A DNA stretch of 16,639 nucleotides from a bacterium. Lineage in GTDB: Bacteria > SAR324 > NAC60-12. Below the pieces are notes generated by a model. That model searched no databases, was not told the DNA's origin, and saw nothing but the letters and a program-made list of their open reading frames with translations. The stretch lies in assembly GCA_965233585.1 (NCBI GenBank), contig CBDDTI010000232.1, positions 1 through 16,639 of the forward strand, read 5' to 3'. Below, in pieces: positions 1 through 9,961 of the stretch. The first letter of the stretch is position 1. Each line of letters begins with the position of its first letter. The position numbers were made by a program, and so were the translations under genes.

Positions 1-46
1 AATAATAGTAATAGTAATAATAGTAATAATAATAAATAATAATAAT
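1..46. repeat. (AAT/AGT)n microsatellite at the 3' end of the CRE retrotransposon
   Basis: aataatagtaatagtaataatagtaataataataaataataataat read directly; probably continues upstream of the window. Confidence 0.9.
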
Positions 47-1125
47 GTCCTTTAAATATTTATTGATTATAAGCAATCTCAAAACTAAAGTTTTGTGTTA
101 TCGCCTAAATTGCACAATAATAATACGCTAAAAACAATATTTACAATTATAAATATATAGCAATATATTCAAAAAAACGTCATTTTAACAAAAAAAAAAT
201 TGTGTAAAATGTTTGTATTTACAAGGTGACAGCAATAAAGTGTTCTTAAATATTACATTATGACTTCTTCTTGAACTTTAATGTCAATGTCAACGTTCTT
301 TAAATCACAAAAGGCTTTTCTTCTTGCTCTCGATCCACTAAGGCAGATTAGTGCGGATCTTAATAAAGCGAAAGTTATCCTTGCTCTTATCCTGGAGATT
401 GTTTTGCATAATCTTCTCCTTTCTTGATGAGGATCAGCTGCGCCAGTCTGCTATGGTATTGTAAGCATTCCTTTCCCATACCGCCCGGTGACGTGAAAAT
501 AAGTGGTGTGAAAGTTCCGTGTTCAATTTCCAAAACCCTGCTCGAGTAAAGGCGCTTCTTCTCATTCTCATGATTGCGGTATGTCTGTTGGAGTTCCAGG
601 TCCCTATACAAATAAGCATCAGGGTGAAAGACCCTCACGTCGAAGAATGCTGATCGTTAGTTCTCCAAGAGCCCGCTTGCGTGGATATCTAATCTCTGAT
701 CTGGAGCTCGATTATAACCCCTCCCTAGCTGTTCTCCCGAGGTATCTTAAAGGACGTGCTCGATCTCAACACCATTACATACCATACTCAAAAGATCGGC
801 TTCAAAATCTCTCAGCCCATTGTGACGTTGGGTAACGAACCGACCTCGCTTGCATATCATAGCGTGGCCTACCGTGAAAATATCGCCACATACACAGGTG
901 GAGGGAATATTATAAACCGCCCAATCATAACGTAGTCTTATTGCGTCACAGAACTCCCTCTTATTTAGGATGAAACAAATTTCACGAAGGAGAAGTACTG
1001 TCAGCCAAACTGAGACCTTTTTTCCGCGGCAAGGTCAATTGCTCCTCTCTGATATGCACTGTCCTGTCTTGGAGCCCAATTTCTCTCTCTCGCTCCTCAC
1101 TGCGTGTTGTAGTGGCTTAACCAAG
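47..1125 (-). mobile_element. 5'-truncated, degenerate CRE-clade (RLE-type) non-LTR retrotransposon
   Basis: The minus strand encodes the C-terminal zinc knuckle and restriction-like endonuclease of a CRE-like ORF (stop at 253-255), then an AT-rich 3' UTR running into (ATT)n. The 5' end is cut off at an (AAT)n tract at 1126. No RT domain remains. Confidence 0.85.
253..1125 (-). pseudogene. C-terminal remnant of retrotransposon ORF: CCHC zinc knuckle + PD-(D/E)xK restriction-like endonuclease
   Basis: Manual translation: ...[137 protein letters not shown]...HENEKKRLY...[18 protein letters not shown]...[29 protein letters not shown]...EEVIM*. It shows CxC-H-C, RHN, RLDI, DVRV and EKK motifs, two internal stops and at least two frameshifts (about 1015 and about 402). 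Confidence 0.88.
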
Positions 1126-1180
1126 ATAATAATAATAATAACAATAATAATTAAATAACAATATATAATTATAATAATAA
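1126..1180. repeat. Degenerate (AAT)n tract at the 5' junction of the retrotransposon
   Basis: ataataataataataacaataataattaaataacaatatataattataataataa. Confidence 0.85.
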
Positions 1181-1293
1181 CCTTCCCAGCATCCTTTGCA
1201 GCTGGAAAATCGTCAATCCCAAATAACTTGGTCAGTTTGAGGGCAGCAAGACCCCCACGTTGTCTAGAAATAAGTCTTACCATAAACTAATTA

Positions 1294-1866
1294 TTGTACA
1301 AGACAAACGGCGATGACGTCATTCGTCACGTGACTTTGCTCTGAAGTGCGCTTTTGCTCACTGTGACGAAATTATTTTGTTATTGAAAAAGCAGTCAACG
1401 TAATTTAAAGCACAATGGTGTCAGCCATTTCGGACTGCCCGGGTACCGAACAAAATATAAATATTAAGGGAGCTATGTACAATTTTCAAAAAGTGGGAGT
1501 CTGGGTACAAGTGCTATTTCGCCTTGCTTTAAACGCAAGGAAACAAAAATTTGGACATGGGTAGATATTTTAATGAAATATACATTTCTGTTATTTTCAA
1601 AGCTGTGACGTCATCGGTCACGTGACCAGAACGGACCAAATTTTAATATCTGTTCTAAAAGTTTACTAAAACCTTACTCTAAGAATATTGTTAAGCGAAG
1701 TTGTAGTTTTATAAATAGTGTTTTAGAAAATGGCCATGATTACTTTTTCCTAAAAAAGTGCGGCAGTAGAAAATCTAACTGAAAAGTTTGTCAGCTTTCT
1801 GCTCAACAACCATTTGAGCTAGCAACGAAAGAAAATTTTGCCAAAGGCCTGGGTGTAAGCCCTTAA
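1294..1866. repeat. Probable interspersed repeat (non-autonomous DNA element) carrying two TGACGTCA-N3-GTCACGTGAC modules
   Basis: Duplicated motif at 1314-1334 and 1606-1626. TTAA|GGG (1464-1470) and CCC|TTAA (1860-1866) could mark a TTAA-target element, but the TIR match beyond GGG is weak. Boundaries are approximate. Confidence 0.45.
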
Positions 1867-2046
1867 TGAAGACGGTGTCAGTTTTTTCAAATTTTAATTT
1901 GTTTAGGAGGAGAGCGATGTTTTTTCTTGAAACTAAATGAGTGAGGCCTGGGAGAAAGTAAAGCTGCTGCCCATTCCCCACTCCGTTGGGATCTTCCCAG
2001 CGGATTCCTGGTGGTACGTAATGCGGGCTCTTAAAAAAATTACATT

Positions 2047-2056
2047 CAAAATGGCG
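2047..2056 (+). promoter_or_regulatory. YY1-like / strong start-context motif CAAAATGGCG near a putative first exon
   Basis: Motif seen directly, in a CpG-containing stretch that ends at a strong donor AAG|GTAAGC (2291/2292). Confidence 0.4.
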
Positions 2057-2177
2057 CCGACTGGCAATGAAGTGGAGTGGACAGTGGAGTGAGTTTTGAG
2101 TTACAAAGGATAGTTTTGTACATGTTGCTGTTCTTCCTACTTGACGCGGCCAAAACGAGTCCCCAAACACAGAATAT

Positions 2178-3801
2178 ATGTCCTTTATTTGTATGCCGAA
2201 TGAAGAGGAATATGAAATGAGCAGAAACTTTGCAGACGTTTCGCAAACAATAACTGTTCTAACAAAAATTTACTGGGACCTGAGGTCTAAGGTAAGCGTT
2301 TCTTGTCGTACAATGATCTGATTTTATTTTGAAGACTGGTTTAAGCTTATGTCTTTGATGTTAATCGTGTGTGAAGCTTCGTATAAGTGCTACCGATAGA
2401 ATCGTGCTGAAACTTAGCAAACTGGAATTTAAGTGGACTCGGAGGAAGAAAATAGATTTTGGGAACGAGTTGACAGTGTTAAATGAGTCTTCGTCGAGTC
2501 GTGTATTTGTGATATTGACCAATTGGTCATTTGGGCCACAAAAAATAATGATTTAGTATTTGAATTTAAGGGTGAAGTTTGCCACAGGACAGCAAAGAGT
2601 CAGGATAATTATACATCAGTCAATTCCAGCGGTGCCCATGCCCCCCCCCCCCCCCCGGGCATTAGCATTTTTTTGAAAAAAATGGACAAATTCCCCGCGG
2701 TGGGGACACATAAGCTGTCTAAATGCCCCGAGGTGCGGACGAAGAAAGAGGGCAAATGCGCCGCCCCTGATAGTGTCGCCTTCCAACACTTTTGAGGATT
2801 TTTATTAATCAGTGAATAAAACGGTCAACTGTTTAGTATTTTAACACAACGGCACTAAAGACTTCAAGGCCAACAGTACCTGCTAGTTGATTTTGATTAT
2901 ATTGTAAATTTCTCTATATTTTGTTTTTAACAGTTTTCTAGAAGATTGCATGTCATTAAATATTTTCTCGTATAAAAGCCATTGCTTTTGAATATTTTAC
3001 ACTGGACGAAAAAACGGATTTACTCATGTTTGCGAGTTGAGCAAATGTGTGGTAAATTTGGGGCTGTAAATTTGCATTTTATTTGCACTGGGTGGTAAAG
3101 CGTGGTAAAACTTGTACATTTGTTTTATCGGAATTTATGTGCAAATGTAGTAAATGGAAAGGTTTGATTCAAATTTGCTTCAAGTTTGCCACGTGTGCAA
3201 ACCATCAACATTTCTATATATTTGCTCAAATTTACCCTCTTTGCAAAGATAGTAGTTTGACCGTATCTGCAAATGCAGGCCAAAAATGTTAGAAAAACTA
3301 TGATTTGCAGTAATGTTTGCTCTTGATTTCCCTGGATACAAAAAAGTGCATTCGCATGTGGTTTACTTGCATTTGCCGTCAGAGCAAATATTATAAATTT
3401 AATTGCATACTAAATTTGCAAATTTGCAATATATTTATTCACATTTACCATGGGCAAATATGGTGACTTACATAACGTTTGCTTTACGGACAAAACTGTT
3501 GTCCATGATGACATTTGCTAGACATTTGACTGGTGTAGCTTGGGGTAAATTTACAATCCCAGCTGTTACATTACAATTGTACTCAGGAGCTGGATTTTCT
3601 TTCGAGGCTGGAGGAGGTCAGAGACCTTTCCACGTCCGGTACTTTGATGCCAATATTCGAGTGGCTTTTTAATTCTTTATTATATTTTTTAAGCATCTTC
3701 TGAACTTACTGACCCCGAGGATAACAGAATAAGCAATCGAATTCTCCAAAAAGGCCACATTACTTTCTTCTTTTTCTTTGTTTATAGAGCGGAGTGTCTA
3801 A
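2178..3801 (+). CDS. Putative 3-exon small protein (59 aa) or 3' part of a decayed ~100-aa gene; join(2178..2291,3587..3638,3788..3801)
   Basis: MSFICMPNEEEYEMSRNFADVSQTITVLTKIYWDLRSK|ELDFLSRLEEVRDLSTS|ERSV*. GT-AG introns 2292-3586 (phase 0) and 3639-3787 (phase 1) are phase-compatible. There is a strong polypyrimidine acceptor before 3788 and AATAAA at 3874-3879. No homology recognised. Confidence 0.5.
2612..2880. mobile_element. Truncated Harbinger-like MITE (left end only)
   Basis: TTA|TACATCAGTCAATTCCAGC...poly-C...CCCGGGCATT...AAATTCCCC resembles the architecture of the complete element at 11415-11976. No convincing right TIR; right boundary approximate. Confidence 0.55.
3040..3566. 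repeat. ATTTGC/GCAAAT/GTAAATTT-rich repeat-like segment
   Basis: Dense recurrence of (A)TTTGC/GCAAAT and GTAAATTT in both orientations, with a palindrome TTGCAAATTTGCAA near 3416-3429. There is a weak terminal inversion between GGGCTGTAAATTT (about 3061) and AAATTTACAATCCC (about 3547). Confidence 0.45.
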
Positions 3802-4061
3802 TTGGTCTCCCTAATTTAATTAAAGTGATAATTTCGTTATCATTCCTGCTCGGCTAAGTCTAAAGGAAAGCACAATAAACGTGCTGGTCGATCATTGTTA
3901 ATCTGTTGGAGAAAAAAAGAAAGTAAAAGATCTTTTCCCCCGAAGGTTTAAAGAAAACGATGCAAGGTGAAGTTAAGGTGATCAGTATAGATCTGAATGA
4001 CTGTATCATTGTATTGTCAGTGAGTAGTAGAAAGGGAAAGAGCTTTTATTATATAAAAGTC

Positions 4062-4463
4062 AGTGGTTTACCGAGTGGTAACCAATTGATAAAAACGATA
4101 CGATATTTTCAGTTTGTCTCTTAAATTGTACTTAAATTCGTTGGTGTATCATCGAAACATCTTCGGGTCTTCCTCGAAAGTTTTCGGCAGTCTTCAGAAA
4201 TTCTCGGAAAATGTTCGGGAACATTCGTCTGGCCTTCGGAACAATTTTAGAAAATCTTCGGAGATCTTCAGAAAGTAGTCGGAAATTTTCGCAAAGTCAT
4301 CAAAAAACCATAATTACTGACTTTTGTATAACAAAAAGAACATTACACGTTAGCTCAAATATAAGAATTTTATGTTCTCGATGCGCTCACTCTTGAGATA
4401 TTGTTCTTGCCACTCGAACATGGAATTCATATCTTCTCGCCACCGTGTAATATCCTTTATGTA
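4062..4463. mobile_element. Non-autonomous repeat with TCTTCGG/CGGAAA subrepeats and a subterminal hairpin
   Basis: Repeated TCTTCGG(A) units at about 4159-4290 and an imperfect inverted repeat, 4341-4380 vs 4412-4452 (CATTACACG...ATGTTCTCG / CTCGAACAT...CGTGTAATA). Superfamily not determinable; left boundary approximate. Confidence 0.6.
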
Positions 4464-4760
4464 TTTCCTTTATCCAATGATCAAAATACTACTTTTAACG
4501 CTTTTGGAGTTTGAAATAAAAAGAAATGACATAGTATTCTAAGACAAAGAAAATACCAAAGGCGGTCTCGAAAGCGATCATGCAATTTGGAGTTCCTTTA
4601 ACACTTTATGCGCCCTACGGAATCACCAGTCCAAGAAAAATGCTGCGGTACGAAAAGTGTCAAATTTAAACGCTGATTTGACTTACATTGTTAAACTCGT
4701 CGTCCTGTCCCAATTGAAATAACATTTACGGTTTGGCATGCGCTTTCTCTTCATCTGCAG

Positions 4761-4839
4761 ATCAACTTTACATTGCGAGATATTCCCTTTGAAACAGAAA
4801 GCTCCCGTCGCAATCGCCAATACTTATACCACGATGAAT
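4761..4839 (+). other. Isolated exon-like segment (79 nt)
   Basis: Acceptor cgctttctcttcatctgcag| and donor |gtaaga; open in two frames (INFTLRDIPFETESSRRNRQYLYHDE in phase 0). Not linked to any gene model. Confidence 0.3.
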
Positions 4840-5109
4840 GTAAGAGACGTTAACAGGGAAAACCAAATAAATTCAAATTTCCATAACTTCAATGAGGAAA
4901 GGTCCATGAGCATGAGTATAAAACCGCTTTGAAGGAAATTTAGCAGAACAATAATTTATTAGGGAGGAGGGGAGGGTAAATAAAGGTTGTATCCCAAAAA
5001 TAGCTACAAAGGAGCCTACTCCCTGCGTCCGCCTCTCTTTAGTTAAGCTTACTTTTTTCGTGCCGCTGTACTTTCACCCCTATTTGATTTGAACGCCTGG
5101 AATATGCCT

Positions 5110-5490
5110 TTTTTGTTGTTGTACAACTTCAGATGGAATGCTTCATCATCAGAAACATTTTTTTTAACGACGCCTGATGTTTGTAACCGGGAATAAATGA
5201 TAGTGATGGTTCAAAGGGGTTGATGTCATTCCACCCTTCCCCTACCAACTGTCCATTTTCATTTATTAAACATCTAACCTTTTAAAGAGAATTGAGTCAA
5301 CTTCAAAGAGAGTTCTGTTAGGTCATGCCATTTTTGATCATTGTATGTTGACAAGTGGAAACAGGACACCCACCTCAGTCACCCCCATTTCATGATGATA
5401 AGAGGGCATGCAATTTAATTTCTTGGAATTTCCCAAAATCAGGGTCGTGATATTTTGTATGAATTCTTGACGATTTTAGATTCCAGAATG
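5110..5490 (-). pseudogene. Possible decayed coding fragment, unknown family
   Basis: Protein-like blocks across stops and a frameshift: NRQEFIQNITTLILGNSKKLNCMPSYHHEMGVTEVGVLFPLVNIQ*SKMA*PNRTLFEVDSILFK/CLINENGQLVGEGWNDINPFEPSLSFIPGYKH. Judged by eye only. Confidence 0.3.
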
Positions 5491-5519
5491 TTTTAGTAGT
5501 TATTACTACCAATTTTTAA

Positions 5520-5615
5520 TTGTAGTTTTCACTGCCCAACTAAAGATGACCACATCTTGATGGTGGGATTACTAAAAATGACCACATTTTGAAATCCCAA
5601 CAGTGAACACTACAA
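5520..5615. mobile_element. 96-bp mini-MITE with 15-bp TIRs and an internal 22-bp direct repeat
   Basis: TTGTAGTTTTCACTG (5520-5534) / CAGTGAACACTACAA (5601-5615) match 14/15. ACTAAAGATGACCACATCTTGA (5539-5560) vs ACTAAAAATGACCACATTTTGA (5571-5592) match 20/22. No clear TSD. Confidence 0.7.
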
Positions 5616-5766
5616 CAAATGGGGAAATCACATTGTATTTTACAAAACTTGAGTATTAATGCTTAGGGTTAAAAAATTCCAAGTAACTAAATATTATCTG
5701 CTTTTTTGCAACCCTGATTTTAAGTCGTTCCTATTTAAAACTTCACACTGAAAAGGATTCTGATCT

Positions 5767-8182
5767 AATGCTGTTGGAAAAGGTACCACAAACCATTCAA
5801 CAAAAGAAAAAACAGCATACAGGGCTAATTCAAATGAAACCTGAACTCTCATCTCTGGTGAATTCAACAAACTCTGACAAGATTAGAATTATACTGCAAC
5901 AGTAGCCAGTTTCTTCGAGTTGTGTAAGTTGCAGGGCTTTGAAAAGCTTTTTTGTGATTGCATTGCTTGTATTCCCGGCCCTATACCCACTTAGGGATAT
6001 GGTCAAATGATGATGACGATGGTGAATGCTTATATTCGATACCAACTGAAGTTAAACGGTTTTGAAGTTTACTAAGAGAATAAAATGTGAATAAAAAAAG
6101 ATGGGTTATGATGCATCCTGCTGGTCTTGTAAGGCTTCTCGGCTGTTTGAGAACAGAGTACCAGTCCCAATTCTGAATCAAGTCCAAGTATTAAAACTAG
6201 AAGTTTACATACCATTTTTGCCGGTACAAATCTGACAGCAAACTCTAATGAAGTGGGAAACACAGTTCAAGGATTAACAAAAAAATTGCTTCTGATCAAA
6301 GCGTTTCAAGAAACAAGTTGCAAGAACTTGTCCAAAAAATTCAAACTGGTTTGAATTTGTGGGACTAGTCACAGGGACCAAAGTTTGGTCCTTGCCACTA
6401 GATTTTAAAGCAAAAATGACAAGTTCACACGATGGGACTTGCCCCTGCAACTTGTAAGAACTCAGAAAACAACACACCAGAACAGATGGGTTCCCAGGGC
6501 AACCCACCAAGTTTCAGCTTTGTTTATTTACTTTTAGATATGCAAGTTATAATAATTGGTTTTACCTACAATTAGTGAGGAAATTGGCCTTGAGACTTTT
6601 TACAGTGTAGCTAGGGCCAGAGACTAACAATTGTAGCAAATAATAATAATTAGTTATTATTGAAGAAAACCATATCATAAAATTTGACACCGAGTTACTG
6701 AAAACAGCTCATACTATTTACCGGTAATATTTATATATTAAGCATCTTTTTCGACCAATGAAACCTTCATGGTACAGGATCAACACAAACATGCTAACTA
6801 ATTTTGCAATTTATTTCTCAGTTGTTTACCTCGCCATCTTTGAGTTTTGGCTTTTGATTTGTGGCTAATTTCACAAACAATGTGGCCTTTCTGTGCTACT
6901 GGACCTGTTTTTTTTTTTGTCATAAATTGTTTATTTCTTCTAACATCACTGGGGCATGACTTTCCCCACTCTCACTGCTAACTGTGGAAGAGGACAGACC
7001 AATACAAAGGGGTTCCACTAGCAGCCTTAGTTATTAATTTATATGGTTAATTACTTTTTCAAATCTCTTTGTTTTGATTGTTTTTTACTGTTATTGCTCT
7101 GAGAACAAATTATTGTTCTTAGACAAAACCTTTTTGATATATTGTACTTGATCAGAGCTATCAATTCAATGAAAAAAAATAACTAATTACACAGTAATAA
7201 CTAAAAAATATTGAGTCATTTAATCGATTAATCTAACAACTTAAAACCAATCTTTAGGCACTAAAGCACTGTACTTGGCATAGCCCAAAAGCTAAGAAAC
7301 ATTGCTGAGAAATGTATTGTGACTCTGCAAGTTTGTTGTAACATAAACTAAAAGGTGAGGCCCTCAGTATGCTCTTAAGTAGAGAAACTGGTCATAACTT
7401 TTGTGTATAGGAAGGTCCTCAAACAAAAGGCCAGCTGAGTGAGGTGTTGTTATCCCCTTCCACCTATACACCTTGAATTTCTTCACAACCGTAATCACTG
7501 GGAATTAGCACAACCTTCCCTTGTTGTTCTACTAGCTCACTGATCATTCTCAATTATATTTTTTCATTTATCCCCCTATCCCCCTTGTTCCTCACCTGCC
7601 TTTGGTGCCCTTAGCAATCACTTATTATAACTTCCCCTAAAGGCTACATATTAAAGAGGCCAGCGATGCCATTAGTTCTGTTGTTGTTGGCCTCCTCGTG
7701 GTGTTGATGTCCAAGCATTTTTGAGCATTGATGAGTAACATTGGAATTTCTTGCTCAAAAGTTAAGTATAACTGTAATGTAATGGATTAAAATTTAAACA
7801 ATAAATAATTCATTTGTCTATTAAGTTCTTTTCATAATATTGCCTGGTTTGATCCCTATGAAACTGTTATGCATGGAGAAATGCCAGCAGAGTATTAACT
7901 GAAAATGGTTTTTCTTCTACATGCAATCTGCACATACATGTATGAAGGTAACTATTTTGGTAGGTTTCTGAAAACTCTGTGAAAGTTAGCATCACCAAAG
8001 GACTGACTGACAAGATGCGCCATCTCGCCACTTGCTAACATTTGTGAGCCATCAAGAAAGCGGCTCAATACTCTGGTGAGCTACTCCATTATGGAAGATA
8101 TAAATTAAACTTGCAGGTACCAAAACGTATTTGGATTCAGCCACTCTATCAGTAAATTGAAAGCAGTTGCAATGGGATCTGA
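5767..8182 (+). pseudogene. Spliced pseudogene of an uncharacterised Cys-containing protein; about 3 exons (about 5767-6517, 7258-7760, about 7840-8182)
   Basis: Collinear protein-like blocks: SFFELCKLQGFEKLFCDCIACIPGP/WSNDDDDGECLYSIPTEV...SLHTIFAGTNLTANSNEVGNTVQGL[MITE]ELRKQHTRTDGFPGQPTKFQ| (donor mutated to CT at 6518); acceptor tctttag|ALKHCTWHSPKAKKHC*EMYCDSASLL*HKLKGEALSMLLSRETGHNF...RGQRCH*FCCCWPPRGVDVQAFLSIDE*HWNFLLK|; YAWRNASRVLTENGF...KGLTDKMRHLATC*HL*AIKKAAQYSGELLHYGRYKLNLQVPKRIW. Many stops and frameshifts; the 5' limit is uncertain. Confidence 0.6.
6275..6455. mobile_element. Internally palindromic MITE fragment inserted in the pseudogene exon
   Basis: ACAAGTTGCA (6313-6322) / TGCAACTTGT (6446-6455); internal hairpins AAATTCAAAC-TG-GTTTGAATTT and GGACCAAA-G-TTTGGTCC. 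The coding-like sequence resumes right after it. Confidence 0.7.
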
Positions 8183-8291
8183 TACTTAAATATCAAATAA
8201 TTATAATCTTAATGATATTCTAAAACAATGAAATATTTCCTTTTGTGAATAATCTTTTTTCTAAGAAAATGAATGCCATGCTAATGAACTT

Positions 8292-9125
8292 TTACCAACA
8301 ATTTCCAACAATCCACAACAACTTGGTAACAGCACCAAGCTGCCTAATGATGTCATTTAAATGTGCCCTTGCATTTGGATTGAAACTAGTGCACTTATTC
8401 CCTAGTACACTTTTACATGTATAATTAAGGAAAATACTTTCATATTTTTTGGCAAAAATAAAAGCCATTCTTCCAAAGGAGTAAACATCGCTTGCAGGAG
8501 AAGGTTTACTTGGTCCAGATACTATTTCTAGAGCTATGTGAGCATGCTTCTTGAGGTATTCTTGTTGCTCTTCATGGAAGAGGTGTTTGACAGCAGCTGT
8601 TGTTATGCACTTCCCAAAATCAATCAAGACTGCTCAGTACATGTACTTATTCTTCCAGAATCAAACAAGCACATTGTCCAGTTTAATGTCTCAGAGAATA
8701 AACCCTCTGGAATGCAGATATGAAATTGTTTGAGCCAGCTGCAGTTTTATGCTGCACCAAATTACTTATGAAAGATGCAGTGACTTGCTATGCAGGGCAC
8801 TGTACATTGTAAATACTTTATCGTTAATGTCATAATACATGTAACTCATGACTAATAGTTTAGGACTTGGTTCTGTTGAGATCCCTTACGGAAAGGGAGT
8901 ATTTTGGTGTTGCAATGACATCATTATCATGGCTTCTCTTTTAACATCTTCTGAAGTAGCAGAGGAAAAGCTACAGGTGTATATCATTAAAACATTTTCT
9001 GCCAGGAACCAAACATACCTGAACCAAGGTACAATGAAGCTGCTCTCATCTTTATCACTTGGAGCCTCTCGTAGGCTAAGGTCAATCTTTGCACTGTGTG
9101 CCTGAATGGGCTTCTCTTTAAACAC
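8292..9125 (-). pseudogene. Protein kinase pseudogene, catalytic-domain exon (eukaryotic protein kinase fold, Ser/Thr or TKL-like)
   Basis: Acceptor aaatacag|GTG at 9125. The G-loop LGSGMFGS (9005-9028) is in a shifted frame, and ..PVA lacks the VAxK lysine. Then EDVKREAMIMMSLQHQN, YLHSRGFIL*DIKLDNVLV (HxD loop broken), VLIDFGKC (DFG 8613-8621), HIALEIV (APE), SDVYSFG and CTSFNPNAR. In-frame stops at 8886, 8766, 8691, 8661 and 8634. Confidence 0.92.
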
Positions 9126-9701
9126 CTGTATTTGATGAAAACAAAGATAAAATCAGCCACATGTATCTGGGCAAATTACACAGTTGCAATGACGGTAGTC
9201 CTCAAGCAAAGCAAGGGTGACAATGTAGAAACTCAAGTACATGCAAGTGACAGGTTGCCCTTCAGCTAGTCTCAGTCAATTGCCTCACAATTGCATCTGG
9301 CTTAAGACCAGATGAGCAATGTACACATATTGATCACATACATGTAGGAAACATAGACAAGTCTGCTTTGGGTAAAAAGGTCTGCAAATTCTATCCATAA
9401 GAACTGTTGGAAATGTTTCTAAAGATAAAAACAAGGGTGGTAAACAGAGGGTCTTGATCACATTTCACTTAAAATAAAATGGTCCTTTCCCAACCCCCCC
9501 CCCCCCCCCCCCCATCCACAATTAATAAAACAATTATTAATTCTCATATAAGTACCAGATAATTATTTTGTGAATTGTGACTCACAGCTACTGGACAGAT
9601 CACAATTAGCCAAATAAAAATCAGTCATTTCACATTTACGTGAAAAAATAAAGGCCAATCATGGGTCATGAAATACTGTTATCCTCAAAAAGCTGGTTTA
9701 C

Positions 9702-9888
9702 CTCGGTGTAAGAACTTCTGAAGTTTTTCTTTGTTTTGGTGCTATTGATTTTCTGCTCTACTTTGTTTGATGGCTTTTGTTTACTTTGTTTTATGTTACT
9801 GGTGAGATTGGTAGATTTTTGTACAAAGGATGAGTGCGAAAACCTGTGACTTGACTGCTGTGTCAAAACATCTTCAGTTGAGAACTGT
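9702..9888 (-). pseudogene. Putative internal exon of the kinase gene (low-complexity S/K/Q/T linker)
   Basis: Acceptor ctttgcagttcag| (alternative AG would start the exon at 9893); open frame QFSTEDVLTQQSSHRF...KKNFRSSYTE. Donor GAG|gtaaac is phase 0, matching the phase-0 start of the kinase exon. Confidence 0.6.
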
Positions 9889-9961
9889 CTGAACTGCAAA
9901 GCACAGGGAAAACCTCTACTATCTCAATATGATCTATATGTTTCCAAAAAGACTTCCCTGA

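Noticed and set aside
581..1158. Plus-strand ORFs 581-835 and 970-1158
   Set aside because: Antisense shadows of the retrotransposon ORF, the second running into the microsatellite (poly-Ile).
1775..2246. Minus-strand ORFs of 131 and 66 aa
   Set aside because: Non-ATG starts, no recognisable motif, antisense to the better-supported + exon, and the longer one runs into repeat sequence.
2612..3537. TTGACTGGTGTA near 3526-3537 as the right TIR of the 2612 MITE
   Set aside because: The match is only 11/12 bp, does not extend, and lacks the TTA TSD and the poly-G subterminal tract.
4150..4300. TCTTCGG(A) repeats (and ATGATAGTT repeats at 15040-15250) as CRISPR-like arrays
   Set aside because: Short, irregularly spaced, degenerate units without unique spacers, in eukaryotic DNA with no cas genes.
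5608..5615. CACTACAA as the left terminus of a CACTA/EnSpm element holding the gene cluster
   Set aside because: It is better explained as the right TIR of the 96-bp element; no matching distal end or TSD is in the window.
8691..8693. In-frame TGA codons in the kinase as selenocysteine or readthrough
   Set aside because: TAA stops, frameshifts and loss of the catalytic lysine co-occur, indicating ordinary decay.
8538..9105. Plus-strand ORFs over the kinase
   Set aside because: Antisense to the clear kinase motifs on the minus strand.
9494..9513. Poly-C and poly-G runs (also 2641, 10899, 11928) as functional G-quadruplexes
   Set aside because: Simple homopolymers, mostly inside MITEs; length is unreliable and there is no evidence of function.
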